Shown piece by piece: positions 41,554-50,563 of a DNA stretch of 64,000 nucleotides (within the stretch, counting starts at the first letter, position 1; each line of letters starts with the position of its first letter). Source of the stretch: a virus (lineage: Duplodnaviria; Caudoviricetes); the IMG/VR virus record IMGVR_UViG_3300029288_000131, positions 1-64,000 of that record. The stretch is one strand, 5' to 3'. A program made the position numbers and the translations under genes. A model generated the notes under the pieces. It had not been told where the DNA came from. It saw nothing but the letters and a program-made list of their open reading frames with translations, and searched no databases.

Positions 41554-43101
41554 ATGGCGCTTGCGGCCTGCGACTGGGAAATCCGAACCGACGGCGACGA
41601 CGCCAATGGCGGCGGCTTCGAGCGCGGCGCGCCTGCGGAGAACGATCGCTCCCAGCAGGCGGCGGCGTACTGGGCGGACAGTCTCAGTCACGGCGACGCG
41701 ACCGACAAGGTGGAGCCCGCGAACCACACGGTGGATTCGGCCGACGTTGGCAATCTCGTCTGCATCCAGGCCGAAACCGACTGGACGGCGGGCTGGTACG
41801 CCATTCGGAGCATCGACACCGCAGGCGGCAACAACTATTGGGTGCTCGACCGTGCAGCGCACGCGGGTACACCTGTCAGCAGCACGATGGCGAAGATGGG
41901 CGGGGCGCTGGCGAGTATCGGCGGGTTCGGCTACATCATGGCGATGGATGCGAACCACCGCGCATCCGGCTTGACGGATAGAACCAATGTGCATTGGCGT
42001 AGCGGCCTGTACGTGCTCGGCTCGGCCTCGTACAACGTGCCGGGCGGCGCGTACACCGAGGATGCGGACTGGTCGATCCACACGCACATTGCCGGCTATG
42101 ATTCCGCGAGCGGCCGGTATCCTGCGGCCGGCTGGGATTCGGCTCAACCTATCTTTCGCGCTGGCGCATACAATCCCGGCACAAATGGTATGCTATTTCG
42201 CAGCGGTTATGGCACCACACTATCATCGCATTGGCGCAACATCGAAGTGGATTGCAGTGATGGTGCGGGGAACAGAGTCGCCAGTACCGGAATCCGAGGG
42301 CAGGATGCGAGATACTTGCACACCGAACGATGCGTCGTCCACCACGCAAGTGCTACTGGTAATAACGGTGGATTTATGTATTTGCGTGCGACACGATGTC
42401 TCGCGCATGAGTGCGCGGGATACGGGTTTTACGCCTGCAATGCTGTCCACAGCGTTGCCCACCATAACGCCAACGGGTTTTGCGAGGGATATACCTCTTC
42501 GGGGCAGGTTGCGTGCCTTGCCTACGCGAATACAGGTGTAGGGTTCTGGCGGGCGTATGACTACCGAGGGTGCATCAGTTACGGGAACGGGGGAGCCGGC
42601 TTCTCCCAAGTGCCAGACAGGCAGGGCGTGTACGCGCATTGCGTATCGGCGGCGAACAACTACGGTTTCGTGCAGGCAGACGCGAGAAGCGCATATCACT
42701 CATGCTGGGCGTATGGCAACACGTCTGGCGTGCGTAGCGTGACGGCCGTTCCGCTAATCGACGAAATCGAATCCCTCACGGCCAACCCATTCCTCTGCCC
42801 CGTCAGTGCAACCTCGGTGTCTTACACCGCCGCGACGAAAACACTCACCAAGGCCGGCGCGTTCTCCGGCATCGACAACACGCACCCGACCGGCTACCGC
42901 ATCCGAATCACCGGCGGCACGAACATGACGCCGGGCACGTACTGGGTGGCGAGCAAGGTGAGCGATGATGCGGTTGTGCTTGCCACGGACGCGGGAACCG
43001 ATGATTCGGTCGATGCTGAGAGTGACTACGATTTCAACCTCAACAACGTCGAGGGCGGCGGCAAGACACTCCGCGAGGCGGGATTCGAGCTTGAGATATG
43101 A
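41554..43101 (+). CDS. second beta-helix-like virion protein (receptor-binding candidate)
   Basis: Repeated C.A..N...GF / C.SY.N...GF units. Confidence 0.7.
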   Translation: MALAACDWEIRTDGDDANGGGFERGAPAENDRSQQAAAYWADSLSHGDATDKVEPANHTVDSADVGNLVCIQAETDWTAGWYAIRSIDTAGGNNYWVLDRAAHAGTPVSSTMAKMGGALASIGGFGYIMAMDANHRASGLTDRTNVHWRSGLYVLGSASYNVPGGAYTEDADWSIHTHIAGYDSASGRYPAAGWDSAQPIFRAGAYNPGTNGMLFRSGYGTTLSSHWRNIEVDCSDGAGNRVASTGIRGQDARYLHTERCVVHHASATGNNGGFMYLRATRCLAHECAGYGFYACNAVHSVAHHNANGFCEGYTSSGQVACLAYANTGVGFWRAYDYRGCISYGNGGAGFSQVPDRQGVYAHCVSAANNYGFVQADARSAYHSCWAYGNTSGVRSVTAVPLIDEIESLTANPFLCPVSATSVSYTAATKTLTKAGAFSGIDNTHPTGYRIRITGGTNMTPGTYWVASKVSDDAVVLATDAGTDDSVDAESDYDFNLNNVEGGGKTLREAGFELEI

Positions 43102-44003
43102 GCGAACCCAACACTCTCTACCCGTTCGGCCCCTGGACGCCGCTTGACGACGCCGCTGAGCCGAACATGCTGCGCCCGTTCGGTGCTTGGCATGAGGTGG
43201 AAGAGGGGGATGACGAATCTAGTTCTTCGAGTTTTAGTTGTACTAGCTTGTCTTGCTCTACACAGAGTGGATATTCAAGTGCCAGCAGTCCCTCATCTAC
43301 GACTAGTTTGTCCTCTTCTAGCTGTACCAGTCTTTCCTCAGCTTCCTCAGCAAGCAGTGAATCTAGTCCTTCCTCGTTGAGCAGTCCATCTTCTTCTAGC
43401 TGTACCAGTCCTTCCTCTGCGAGCAGTGAATCTAGTCCTTCCTCATTGAGCAGTTTGTCTTGCTCAAGTTCGTCTAGCCAGTCCAGTCCATCTTATTCTA
43501 GTAGCACGAGCCCGTCCTCAGCAAGCAGTGAGTCTTGTTCAAGTCCATCCTCTACAAGTAGCCAGTCCAGTGAATCTTGTTCTAGCCCGTCATCAGCTAG
43601 CAGTGAGTCTAGCGAATCGTGTTCTAGTCCATCGTCAGAAAGCAACCCGTCCTCAGCAAGCAGTTCGTCCAGTTCATCTTCGGTCAGCAGTGAGTCTTGT
43701 TCAAGTCCTTCGTCTGAGAGTAGCCCGTCCTCGGCAAGCAGTGAGTCTTGTTCAAGTCCTTCGTCTGAGAGTAGCCCGTCCTCGGCAAGCAGTGAGTCTT
43801 GTTCAAGTCCTTCATCGGCTAGCAGTCCATCAAGTTCAAGTAGCATATCATCAATAAGCACGTCGTCGTTGAGCAGTTCTTGTAGTGCCGTCAGCTCGTC
43901 GAGTTCTTGCAGTTCTACAACCGTAGGTCCAGTGTTTTCTCCCAGGTGGGCAGAGGGCGTCAACAGATACATCGGCTTCGGGCACGGGATAGGAGTAGGA
44001 TGA
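43098..44003 (+). CDS. poly-Ser (mucin-like) virion protein 1
   Basis: EPN.L.PFG.W twice, GDDE, then ~235 aa Ser tract with interspersed C/P/E, short C-terminal GFGHGIGVG. Confidence 0.75.
   Translation: MSEPNTLYPFGPWTPLDDAAEPNMLRPFGAWHEVEEGDDESSSSSFSCTSLSCSTQSGYSSASSPSSTTSLSSSSCTSLSSASSASSESSPSSLSSPSSSSCTSPSSASSESSPSSLSSLSCSSSSSQSSPSYSSSTSPSSASSESCSSPSSTSSQSSESCSSPSSASSESSESCSSPSSESNPSSASSSSSSSSVSSESCSSPSSESSPSSASSESCSSPSSESSPSSASSESCSSPSSASSPSSSSSISSISTSSLSSSCSAVSSSSSCSSTTVGPVFSPRWAEGVNRYIGFGHGIGVG
43686..43813 (+). repeat. 51-bp coding tandem repeat (SSESCSSPSSESSPSSA)
   Basis: AGCAGTGAGTCTTGTTCAAGTCCTTC starts at 43686, 43737, 43788. Confidence 0.9.
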
Positions 44004-44004
44004 A

Positions 44005-45375
44005 ATGTACCTGAAAAACGACCCTGTTCCTGAGCCGATTAAAGCGAAGGTGATTCATGCTGGTACTGGCGAGCCGATCACGTCAGGTGTGGTTGTTTTT
44101 TACTTGCAAGGTTCAACGAGAACACCGGGTGCTGGTACACTGGAGATAGTTGGGGAGACGTGGAACTACACTCCAACGCAAGCCGAGACGAATTGTGATG
44201 AGTTTGCCATCGAGTTCTACCACGTCAATGCTGTAGGCAACGGTCCAATCGTCCAGGTCGTTCCGACGACCATGACACAATCAGCCGCTGCTGCCGTGTC
44301 GTCATTGGGGACGATTACGATCAGCAGAACGTGGGAGGTTGATGGCGTCCTGACAGACGTGACGTCTGCCAAACTGAGTGACCCGACTGGCACCTACGGA
44401 GTTAAGAGGGACGACACAAACGCTGTGGTGGTCGCTGACGCCGTGGATATGACGAGGGTGGGGACGGGGGTCTACCAATATACCTTTACAGAGCCCGCCT
44501 CAGGTTTAGCGTATACGGCGTATATCGAGTTCGTTTACGACGGAGCTTCTTACTACTTCGAGATCGACATCCAGGCTGAATCGGTAAGGATCGTTTCTGC
44601 AAGGGATGTGATGCTTGAGATGGGGATTTTGGACACGGCCTCGGCCACTGAAATTGCTTTGATCGAACGAGGAATTGCCAATGCCGAGGGAGCCGTCAAG
44701 AGGTTCTTGCGATACGACCCAAAGCACCGGCAAAGGACGGAGTTCTATCCACGAGCGAACTTCTCGTACAATCCCAGGGCGGCAGTTTGGGAGGTGTCGG
44801 AGAGCCATGCATATCTAAGAAGGATTGCAGAGTCGGCCAGCGATGAGCTGCAACTTCAACATCTACCGATTCGTAGCATCGATGCTCTTTACATCGATTA
44901 CGATGGACGGGGTGGGGCAAGAACAGGAGCGTTCGCTGCCGAGACGCTCAAGGTGGAGGGAAGCGATTACTGGCCCAACTATGACTTGCTTGACAGCGGG
45001 GGAAACAGGGTCTGTAGCGACGGGATACTGCGAAGCATGGGCTCTTGGCCATCTACCCCCGGCTGCGTGAAGGTGCAGTATACGGCGGGCTACAAATCGG
45101 CTGAATTGCAAGGGAACGATTCGATCATAGACGCTACACCTATTTGGCAAACCGTCTTGGAAGAATCGGCTCGACGGGCACGTAAGGCATTGGTGTGGGC
45201 CAAGCATATCAGGGCAGGACATCTTGCCGGGGTGATCACGAACGAAAGCCTCGGTGACTACAGCTACAGCATCGACGCTTCGATGGCTGCCAAGTTGTTT
45301 GGGGACACGAGAGAATTGTCAAGTGGATCAGTTTCACGACTGGAACCTTTTGTCAACTGGGGATTTGAACAATGA
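44005..45375 (+). CDS. head-tail connector (gp6/gp15-like) with two extra N-terminal domains
   Basis: IALIERGIANAEGAVKRFL, LQHLPIRSI, CVKVQYTAGY, ESLGDYSYS. Confidence 0.7.
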   Translation: MYLKNDPVPEPIKAKVIHAGTGEPITSGVVVFYLQGSTRTPGAGTLEIVGETWNYTPTQAETNCDEFAIEFYHVNAVGNGPIVQVVPTTMTQSAAAAVSSLGTITISRTWEVDGVLTDVTSAKLSDPTGTYGVKRDDTNAVVVADAVDMTRVGTGVYQYTFTEPASGLAYTAYIEFVYDGASYYFEIDIQAESVRIVSARDVMLEMGILDTASATEIALIERGIANAEGAVKRFLRYDPKHRQRTEFYPRANFSYNPRAAVWEVSESHAYLRRIAESASDELQLQHLPIRSIDALYIDYDGRGGARTGAFAAETLKVEGSDYWPNYDLLDSGGNRVCSDGILRSMGSWPSTPGCVKVQYTAGYKSAELQGNDSIIDATPIWQTVLEESARRARKALVWAKHIRAGHLAGVITNESLGDYSYSIDASMAAKLFGDTRELSSGSVSRLEPFVNWGFEQ

Positions 45376-45689
45376 CCATTTACGTTGATGTTGATGGAAC
45401 GCTTACGACCAGTGCTCGATCTGGCGGGGTGTTCAAGAGTGCTTCACTCAGGGAAGATGTAATAGAGAAGGTCAAGGAGTGGATCGCTGCTGGACATGAT
45501 GTGGTGCTTTGGTCCGACGACCGAAGGTATGCTGATAAAGTTGCTCGACGTTTGGGACTGGCTGTCGGAGCCGCTGTGAAGAAGCCCGACTTGATCGTGG
45601 ACGACAAGACGTTTCGCATCAAGCAACTGACCCGCAGATGCTTGGTGACGCCGGACCAGTTCCTTGAGATGGAAGTTGAGCAGAAATGA
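45372..45689 (+). CDS. HAD-superfamily phosphatase (capless)
   Basis: IYVDVDGTL (DxD), VVLWS, KPDLIVDD. Confidence 0.8.
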   Translation: MTIYVDVDGTLTTSARSGGVFKSASLREDVIEKVKEWIAAGHDVVLWSDDRRYADKVARRLGLAVGAAVKKPDLIVDDKTFRIKQLTRRCLVTPDQFLEMEVEQK

Positions 45690-46543
45690 TTGATCCTCTG
45701 CAGGTCGAACGCCGAGGTAAACCCATCGATCTAGAAGGGCTGTGGAATCCAAACCCAGCCTTTCTGGTCGGTGGGGGACCGTCTCTGAACGACTTGCCAT
45801 TGGAGCGTCTAAAGGATCGGGGAGTGGTTTCGTTGGCAATTAATCAGTCGGCAGCATGGGTTCCGGTCAAGGCATGGGTGTTTAGTGACACGCAGTGGAA
45901 GTTTCATTCGTCGTTGTTCATGGACCCTGCCGTTATGACGTTTGCTCCGATCCCGAAACTGAGAAGGCAGTTCCATCTCAAGACGGAGGAGGGTTTTCAC
46001 GATACGGGGATTCGACTGAACCAATGCCCGAACACCTACGGCTATTCGAGACTGACTTGCTTTGTGCCGGACGAGTTCTTTACGACGACACACGCTCACT
46101 GGGGACCAAGAAAACACCAGCCCGCTGACAAGCCGGAGCAGGGATGTCTATGCACAATGCTGTTGGGCATACGGTTGCTACACTACCTTGGAGTCCGTCG
46201 GATCTATTTGTTGGGAGTTGATAATAAGGGAAGGGATGGGAAGTGCTACGCATTCCCGGAGGGCAAGGGTGCTAGGACGAGACGCTACAAGTGGGAACGG
46301 CACATGCTCGAACGGCTTCAACCTCAGTTTGACAAGAGGGGGATGGAGCTGTATAACTGCAGCCCTGACAGCGATTGTCGTTTGTATCCGTTTCGTTCTT
46401 TTGATGAAGCGTTGAAGGATTGTAAAGGTTCGGTGGAGGACGACCCGCTAGACACGACTGGCTGGTACGACATGAGTTCCCAGCAGGAGCAGTGTCGGAA
46501 GAACCCCAAGATCGTTCCCGTCCATTATGGAGGTGCGAGATGA
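45686..46543 (+). CDS. DUF115 (Maf_flag10/MptE-like) Rossmann protein, putative glycosyltransferase
   Basis: AFLVGGGPSLN, LAINQS, FSD, LHYLGVRRIYLLGVD, LYNCS. Confidence 0.72.
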   Translation: MIDPLQVERRGKPIDLEGLWNPNPAFLVGGGPSLNDLPLERLKDRGVVSLAINQSAAWVPVKAWVFSDTQWKFHSSLFMDPAVMTFAPIPKLRRQFHLKTEEGFHDTGIRLNQCPNTYGYSRLTCFVPDEFFTTTHAHWGPRKHQPADKPEQGCLCTMLLGIRLLHYLGVRRIYLLGVDNKGRDGKCYAFPEGKGARTRRYKWERHMLERLQPQFDKRGMELYNCSPDSDCRLYPFRSFDEALKDCKGSVEDDPLDTTGWYDMSSQQEQCRKNPKIVPVHYGGAR

Positions 46544-46713
46544 TCGACAGAGACGAAGCAAAGGACATCGAACAGTGGGCCGAGGAGGAAGCAGAGGGAC
46601 TGGCGACACTGTGGCACTGCATTTGGTATCATTGCTTGGAGAGGGGTTTCGCAAAGGAAGAGGCGATGGAACTGCTAAAGACCTACATCATGGCGACAGA
46701 GGAGTTGGGGTGA
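46540..46713 (+). CDS. 57-aa hypothetical protein, similar to 22434-22610
   Basis: GGAGG RBS; LWHCIWYHCLERGFAKEEAMELLKTY. Confidence 0.65.
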   Translation: MIDRDEAKDIEQWAEEEAEGLATLWHCIWYHCLERGFAKEEAMELLKTYIMATEELG

Positions 46714-47486
46714 GATTCAGGACCAGCTACCAGATAGCTGTTACGTATCAATGCAAGCTGAAGTGCGAGCATTGCTTCGAGCTGTTTGATGTGCTGCCGT
46801 CGTTGGACAGGGACTCGGAAGTGTCACTAACTGATGTTGTGTTTGCTGGACGGTTGCTGAAGAAGTTCCAGATTGATGTTGCCAAACTCAGGCTGACCGG
46901 GGGTGAGCCTATGTTGCATCCCAAGTTGTCTCAGATACAGGAGGTGGTGAAGGGAGAGTGGAAACCCGAGACGATGGTGGTGTGCACGAGCGGTGTCGGT
47001 TTCTCTCAAGAGGAGTTGAGTCAAGCGGGATCGGTAAGGGAGTATGGGATGGAGCTGAAAAGAGAAACCCATCATAATTATCGCATATCGCCGTTCGACC
47101 TGGGCATTGCTCCGAAGTTGGGGTTTGTTGATCGATGTAGGACGCAGCACTACTGCGGATGCTACTTCGATGCTTATGGGTTTACAGCATGTCCACAAGC
47201 AGCACCGTTCGGCCGGCTTTTTGGGATGGATTACCATGAATGGGCTCCGGTGCTGAGAGGCAGGGAAGAGTTTTGTCGTCATTGTACGGCTTCGTTGGGA
47301 AGGAATGGTGCTGCTCGATTGATGCAGTTGGCGAGGGATGGAAAGATCGAGTATCCCACCAAGACATTTAAGGAAGCCATAGCACGACGGAAAGATGAGG
47401 GATACTTGGAGATTCCCAAGTTTAGGGACAGGCTGCCCAAGCAAATGCAACAGCAGTATGACAAGACGAAGAGGAGGATTGGATAG
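46710..47486 (+). CDS. radical SAM protein with C-terminal Cys cluster
   Basis: CKLKCEHC (CxxxCxxC), LTGGEPMLHP, CTSG; C..HYCG, CPQA, CRHC. Confidence 0.85.
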   Translation: MRFRTSYQIAVTYQCKLKCEHCFELFDVLPSLDRDSEVSLTDVVFAGRLLKKFQIDVAKLRLTGGEPMLHPKLSQIQEVVKGEWKPETMVVCTSGVGFSQEELSQAGSVREYGMELKRETHHNYRISPFDLGIAPKLGFVDRCRTQHYCGCYFDAYGFTACPQAAPFGRLFGMDYHEWAPVLRGREEFCRHCTASLGRNGAARLMQLARDGKIEYPTKTFKEAIARRKDEGYLEIPKFRDRLPKQMQQQYDKTKRRIG

Positions 47487-47857
47487 TGTCGTTGCTTGAA
47501 AATCTTCCACACCGTTGTACTATTCGCCGTCGGGTGAGATCCAAAGGCACGCTCGGTGGTAGTAAGGACAGCTTTACGGTTGAGCAGACGGGTGTTCACT
47601 GCTGGGAGCAGAAGGCTGGTGATTCCGAAATAACAGAGTTCAGCAAGCGGGGCATTCGTATCAGCAGGAAGGTCTACTTCGTAAACGATCCGGAGGTGAC
47701 GGAGCGTCACCAGATTTTGATAACGGAGAAGAGCGGAGTAGTGGACAGCGACCCGACGCCTTTGGACGTCAAGTCGACACCAAGACCCGATGCAGACGTG
47801 GGGTTTGGTTTGCTGTTTCGGGTGTTCGTAGATGAGTCTACTGGGGAGGAGAACTGA
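47486..47857 (+). CDS. head-closure/stopper protein (gp16/FII-like)
   Basis: HRCTIRR...GG, RKVYF, size and position. Confidence 0.6.
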   Translation: MSLLENLPHRCTIRRRVRSKGTLGGSKDSFTVEQTGVHCWEQKAGDSEITEFSKRGIRISRKVYFVNDPEVTERHQILITEKSGVVDSDPTPLDVKSTPRPDADVGFGLLFRVFVDESTGEEN

Positions 47858-48195
47858 TGCAAGTAGTTTGTGAAACCGTAGGCGACTTTATTGAACACAT
47901 AGAAGATGGCAAGATATGGCAATCGACCATCTTCATCAATCGAACGAGGAAACCAGTTGGAGGAGACAAGTTCAATGCAGTGAAGTGGGAGGTGTGTCTC
48001 CAAGCATCCGCCGTGGTGCAGATAGACGAGGAGTCTCAGCTACTATTGCAATATGGCGAATTCTGCGGGTATGACTACACCGATGCATCAGCAGAAAGCA
48101 AGGCAACAGAACGGGCAGACGGTCTGCTCGGACAACTTCGTTGTGTCTGCGAGGACAAGGGGTTGAAGATCAAACCCGGCATCCTCGGAATGTAG
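47857..48195 (+). CDS. hypothetical protein
   Basis: GGAGGAG RBS, TGATG coupling. Confidence 0.65.
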   Translation: MQVVCETVGDFIEHIEDGKIWQSTIFINRTRKPVGGDKFNAVKWEVCLQASAVVQIDEESQLLLQYGEFCGYDYTDASAESKATERADGLLGQLRCVCEDKGLKIKPGILGM

Positions 48196-48208
48196 AAGGA
48201 GAAGGACG

Positions 48209-48511
48209 ATGGAAGTTCACACGGGTTCCGAAGAAGCGTTGGCAAAGTTCAAGGAGAATCTGGCCAAGGCAGCAGAGTCGGGTCATTGGATGGCGGTGTG
48301 CTGGTCGGTGGTGGACGAGCAGTTGGTGCTCGTCGGCAGGACCACGTTCTCGTTCCCGAGGGGTGATTTTGCCGAGTGCGTCCGTCAACTGCAACGGGTC
48401 TGTCAGGAGGAGGAGTATGCTGCAAGCATTCCTCCTCCCTTGCCCCGCTACGTTGACAAGGGCAACAATCACAAGCCCCCGACCGAGGACGAAGTGAAAG
48501 AATGGCAATGA
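48209..48511 (+). CDS. hypothetical protein
   Basis: AAGGAG RBS. Confidence 0.65.
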   Translation: MEVHTGSEEALAKFKENLAKAAESGHWMAVCWSVVDEQLVLVGRTTFSFPRGDFAECVRQLQRVCQEEEYAASIPPPLPRYVDKGNNHKPPTEDEVKEWQ

Positions 48512-48936
48512 TCTTCAAACGAATCGTGTCGTGGTGGAAGCTGCGACGGTTGAAGGGTGCCGTCAGGATGGCGGCCGATTGGGAGTGCTGGGCAACCGAG
48601 CTGTCCCGTCGGTTGGGCAGAGACATGCAAGAATTGTTGAATGTTCGTCAGCAGTTGGAAGAAGAGCAGCAGCAGTGTGAAAGGAAGCTGCAACTTCTTC
48701 GCCGTCGGCTAGACTCGATAGTAGCCACCACTGTTGAGGATTTGAATGAGGCAACAAGTCTACAGGAACAGCAAAAGACGGTGGTGGAGGCTCTTCAGCA
48801 GGAAAATCAAGTCATGTCGGAAGCCACCATTCCGATGCTTGTTGCCTCGAACCGCTTGGCGGTTGAGAGGTGGAATGCACAAGTGGCTGCCCAAGTAAGG
48901 CAGCAGGTGCTAACATCCGGTAGATCGGAGGAGTGA
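48502..48936 (+). CDS. coiled-coil protein
   Basis: Gln/Glu-rich heptads. Confidence 0.6.
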   Translation: MAMIFKRIVSWWKLRRLKGAVRMAADWECWATELSRRLGRDMQELLNVRQQLEEEQQQCERKLQLLRRRLDSIVATTVEDLNEATSLQEQQKTVVEALQQENQVMSEATIPMLVASNRLAVERWNAQVAAQVRQQVLTSGRSEE

Positions 48937-48937
48937 A

Positions 48938-50563
48938 ATGAACGCTCTCACAAAGGCGTTCGACAGTCAGCGGTCCCTGATAGCTACCGTTCGAGATGAT
49001 GCCGTGCGTCTGAAAGCGTCCGGCGTCTTGAGCGGACAAGTAGGATCGTCCATGCTTGGTGAGATGGGCAGCATGATGCAGAACCAAGCCAAGTATCAAT
49101 CCAAGTACGCTTTGTTTCGAGGGTGGATTTACTCGGCCGTTCATGCCATAGCAGATGCTGCGGCTGGGCAGCCGGTCAGCTTGGCTCGATTGAAGAAGGT
49201 CCCGAAGAACGGGGATGTTCCGAAGCGGTCGAAGGCTTATCAGTTGAACAAGATGCCCAACTCGATAAGGGCCAAGGCCATCCAGCATGAGATGGACATG
49301 CTGGAAGATCATCCTTTGGTTGCAACATTGGAATCGCCCAACCCGTTTCAGGATCGTTGTCACTTCACCTACACGTTTGTTGCCAATCTGGCATTGACGG
49401 GGTGGGCTTACGTGGTGAGGGACAAGACTAAGGATGGTAAGCATCAGTTCATCTGCCTGCCCACCACTTGGATCACCCCGAAACACGAGAAGGGACCGTT
49501 TTCAAAGTTCGTGGTTAGGAACCCCCAGAACCCGAACGTCAAGGGAGAAGAGTTAGATAGGTCTCAGGTGGCGTTTGCTCACCTGCCCAACCCGTCCGAT
49601 CCGTTGAGTGCCATGTCCCCTGCTGGTGCTCAAATCACCAGCATTAGAATTGACGACCACATCCAGACTTGCCAGGAGCAGTTCTTTTATAACGGAGTGT
49701 TCCCGTCTGTGATTATCACGATGGGAAAGAATCCTGATCCTGACATGCCCGGTGGGGGCAACCGTCCCATGCTGACCCCCGCCCAGAGAAGGCAGGTCAA
49801 CGCTGTCATTCGCAAGACGTGGGCGGGTGTTCATAACTACGGCAACCCTGCAATCATTGATGCCTCGATCGAGAGAATCGAACGGTTGGGAGCTACCCAG
49901 AACGAGATCGGATGGGAGAAGTCCGAGATGACCGTGCGGACTCGCATCCTGTCCAGTTATGGAGTACATCCCTTCATCCTCGGCGAGACGATGCCTGGAA
50001 GCTATGCCCAGGCTAGCATTGTTGAGGGTCGGTTCTATCGCAGAGTGAACGGCTACTTGGAGATGTTGTCGAACCTGATGACGAACTTCATCAGGCAGAT
50101 TGAGGATGAGGATAGTGAAGATTTGCTTGCTTGGTGGGAGAAGTTGGAGTCACGGGATCAGGGACTCTACTATCAAAACATGCGAGAGGCTCGGAAGACG
50201 GGTGACATCACGAAGAACGAGTACCGTGCTATCCTTGGGTTCCCTCCGGCAGAGGATGAGGAAGAAGAGGAGGCAGCTCCCATCGGGCAGAGCTTGTTCG
50301 GTGGGATCATTCAATTGATTGCTCAGATAGGGCAAGGCAACATTGACCCCACTCAAGGCGAAGCACTGCTGGTAGGACTCGGTGTGCCGAAGAAGGTGGC
50401 CGAAAAGGTGTCGGGCATCGGCATCAAGCGGGAGCAGCAAGTCCAGCAAGAGCAGGAAGTGGTCGAGGATGCTGTTGAGGAGCTGAAGAGAGCTTTGGTT
50501 GAGTTGAAGGTGTCACCGTCCGAATTGGCTAATCGGATCGAACGGGAGTGCTTGGTAGGATGA
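48938..50563 (+). CDS. portal protein (HK97-like)
   Basis: WIYSAVHAIA, LLESPNP-like TLESPNPFQ, NLALTGWAY, FFYNGVFPS, ILSSYGVHP, ITKNEYRAILGFPP. Confidence 0.9.
   Translation: MNALTKAFDSQRSLIATVRDDAVRLKASGVLSGQVGSSMLGEMGSMMQNQAKYQSKYALFRGWIYSAVHAIADAAAGQPVSLARLKKVPKNGDVPKRSKAYQLNKMPNSIRAKAIQHEMDMLEDHPLVATLESPNPFQDRCHFTYTFVANLALTGWAYVVRDKTKDGKHQFICLPTTWITPKHEKGPFSKFVVRNPQNPNVKGEELDRSQVAFAHLPNPSDPLSAMSPAGAQITSIRIDDHIQTCQEQFFYNGVFPSVIITMGKNPDPDMPGGGNRPMLTPAQRRQVNAVIRKTWAGVHNYGNPAIIDASIERIERLGATQNEIGWEKSEMTVRTRILSSYGVHPFILGETMPGSYAQASIVEGRFYRRVNGYLEMLSNLMTNFIRQIEDEDSEDLLAWWEKLESRDQGLYYQNMREARKTGDITKNEYRAILGFPPAEDEEEEEAAPIGQSLFGGIIQLIAQIGQGNIDPTQGEALLVGLGVPKKVAEKVSGIGIKREQQVQQEQEVVEDAVEELKRALVELKVSPSELANRIERECLVG

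Noticed and set aside
43686-43813. 51-bp tandem repeat as a CRISPR array
   Set aside because: Contiguous, length divisible by 3, no unique spacers, no cas genes.
43493-43972. Minus-strand Leu/Glu/Asp repeat ORFs (also 54712-54990, 61911-62216)
   Set aside because: Antisense reading of Ser codons in the poly-Ser genes.
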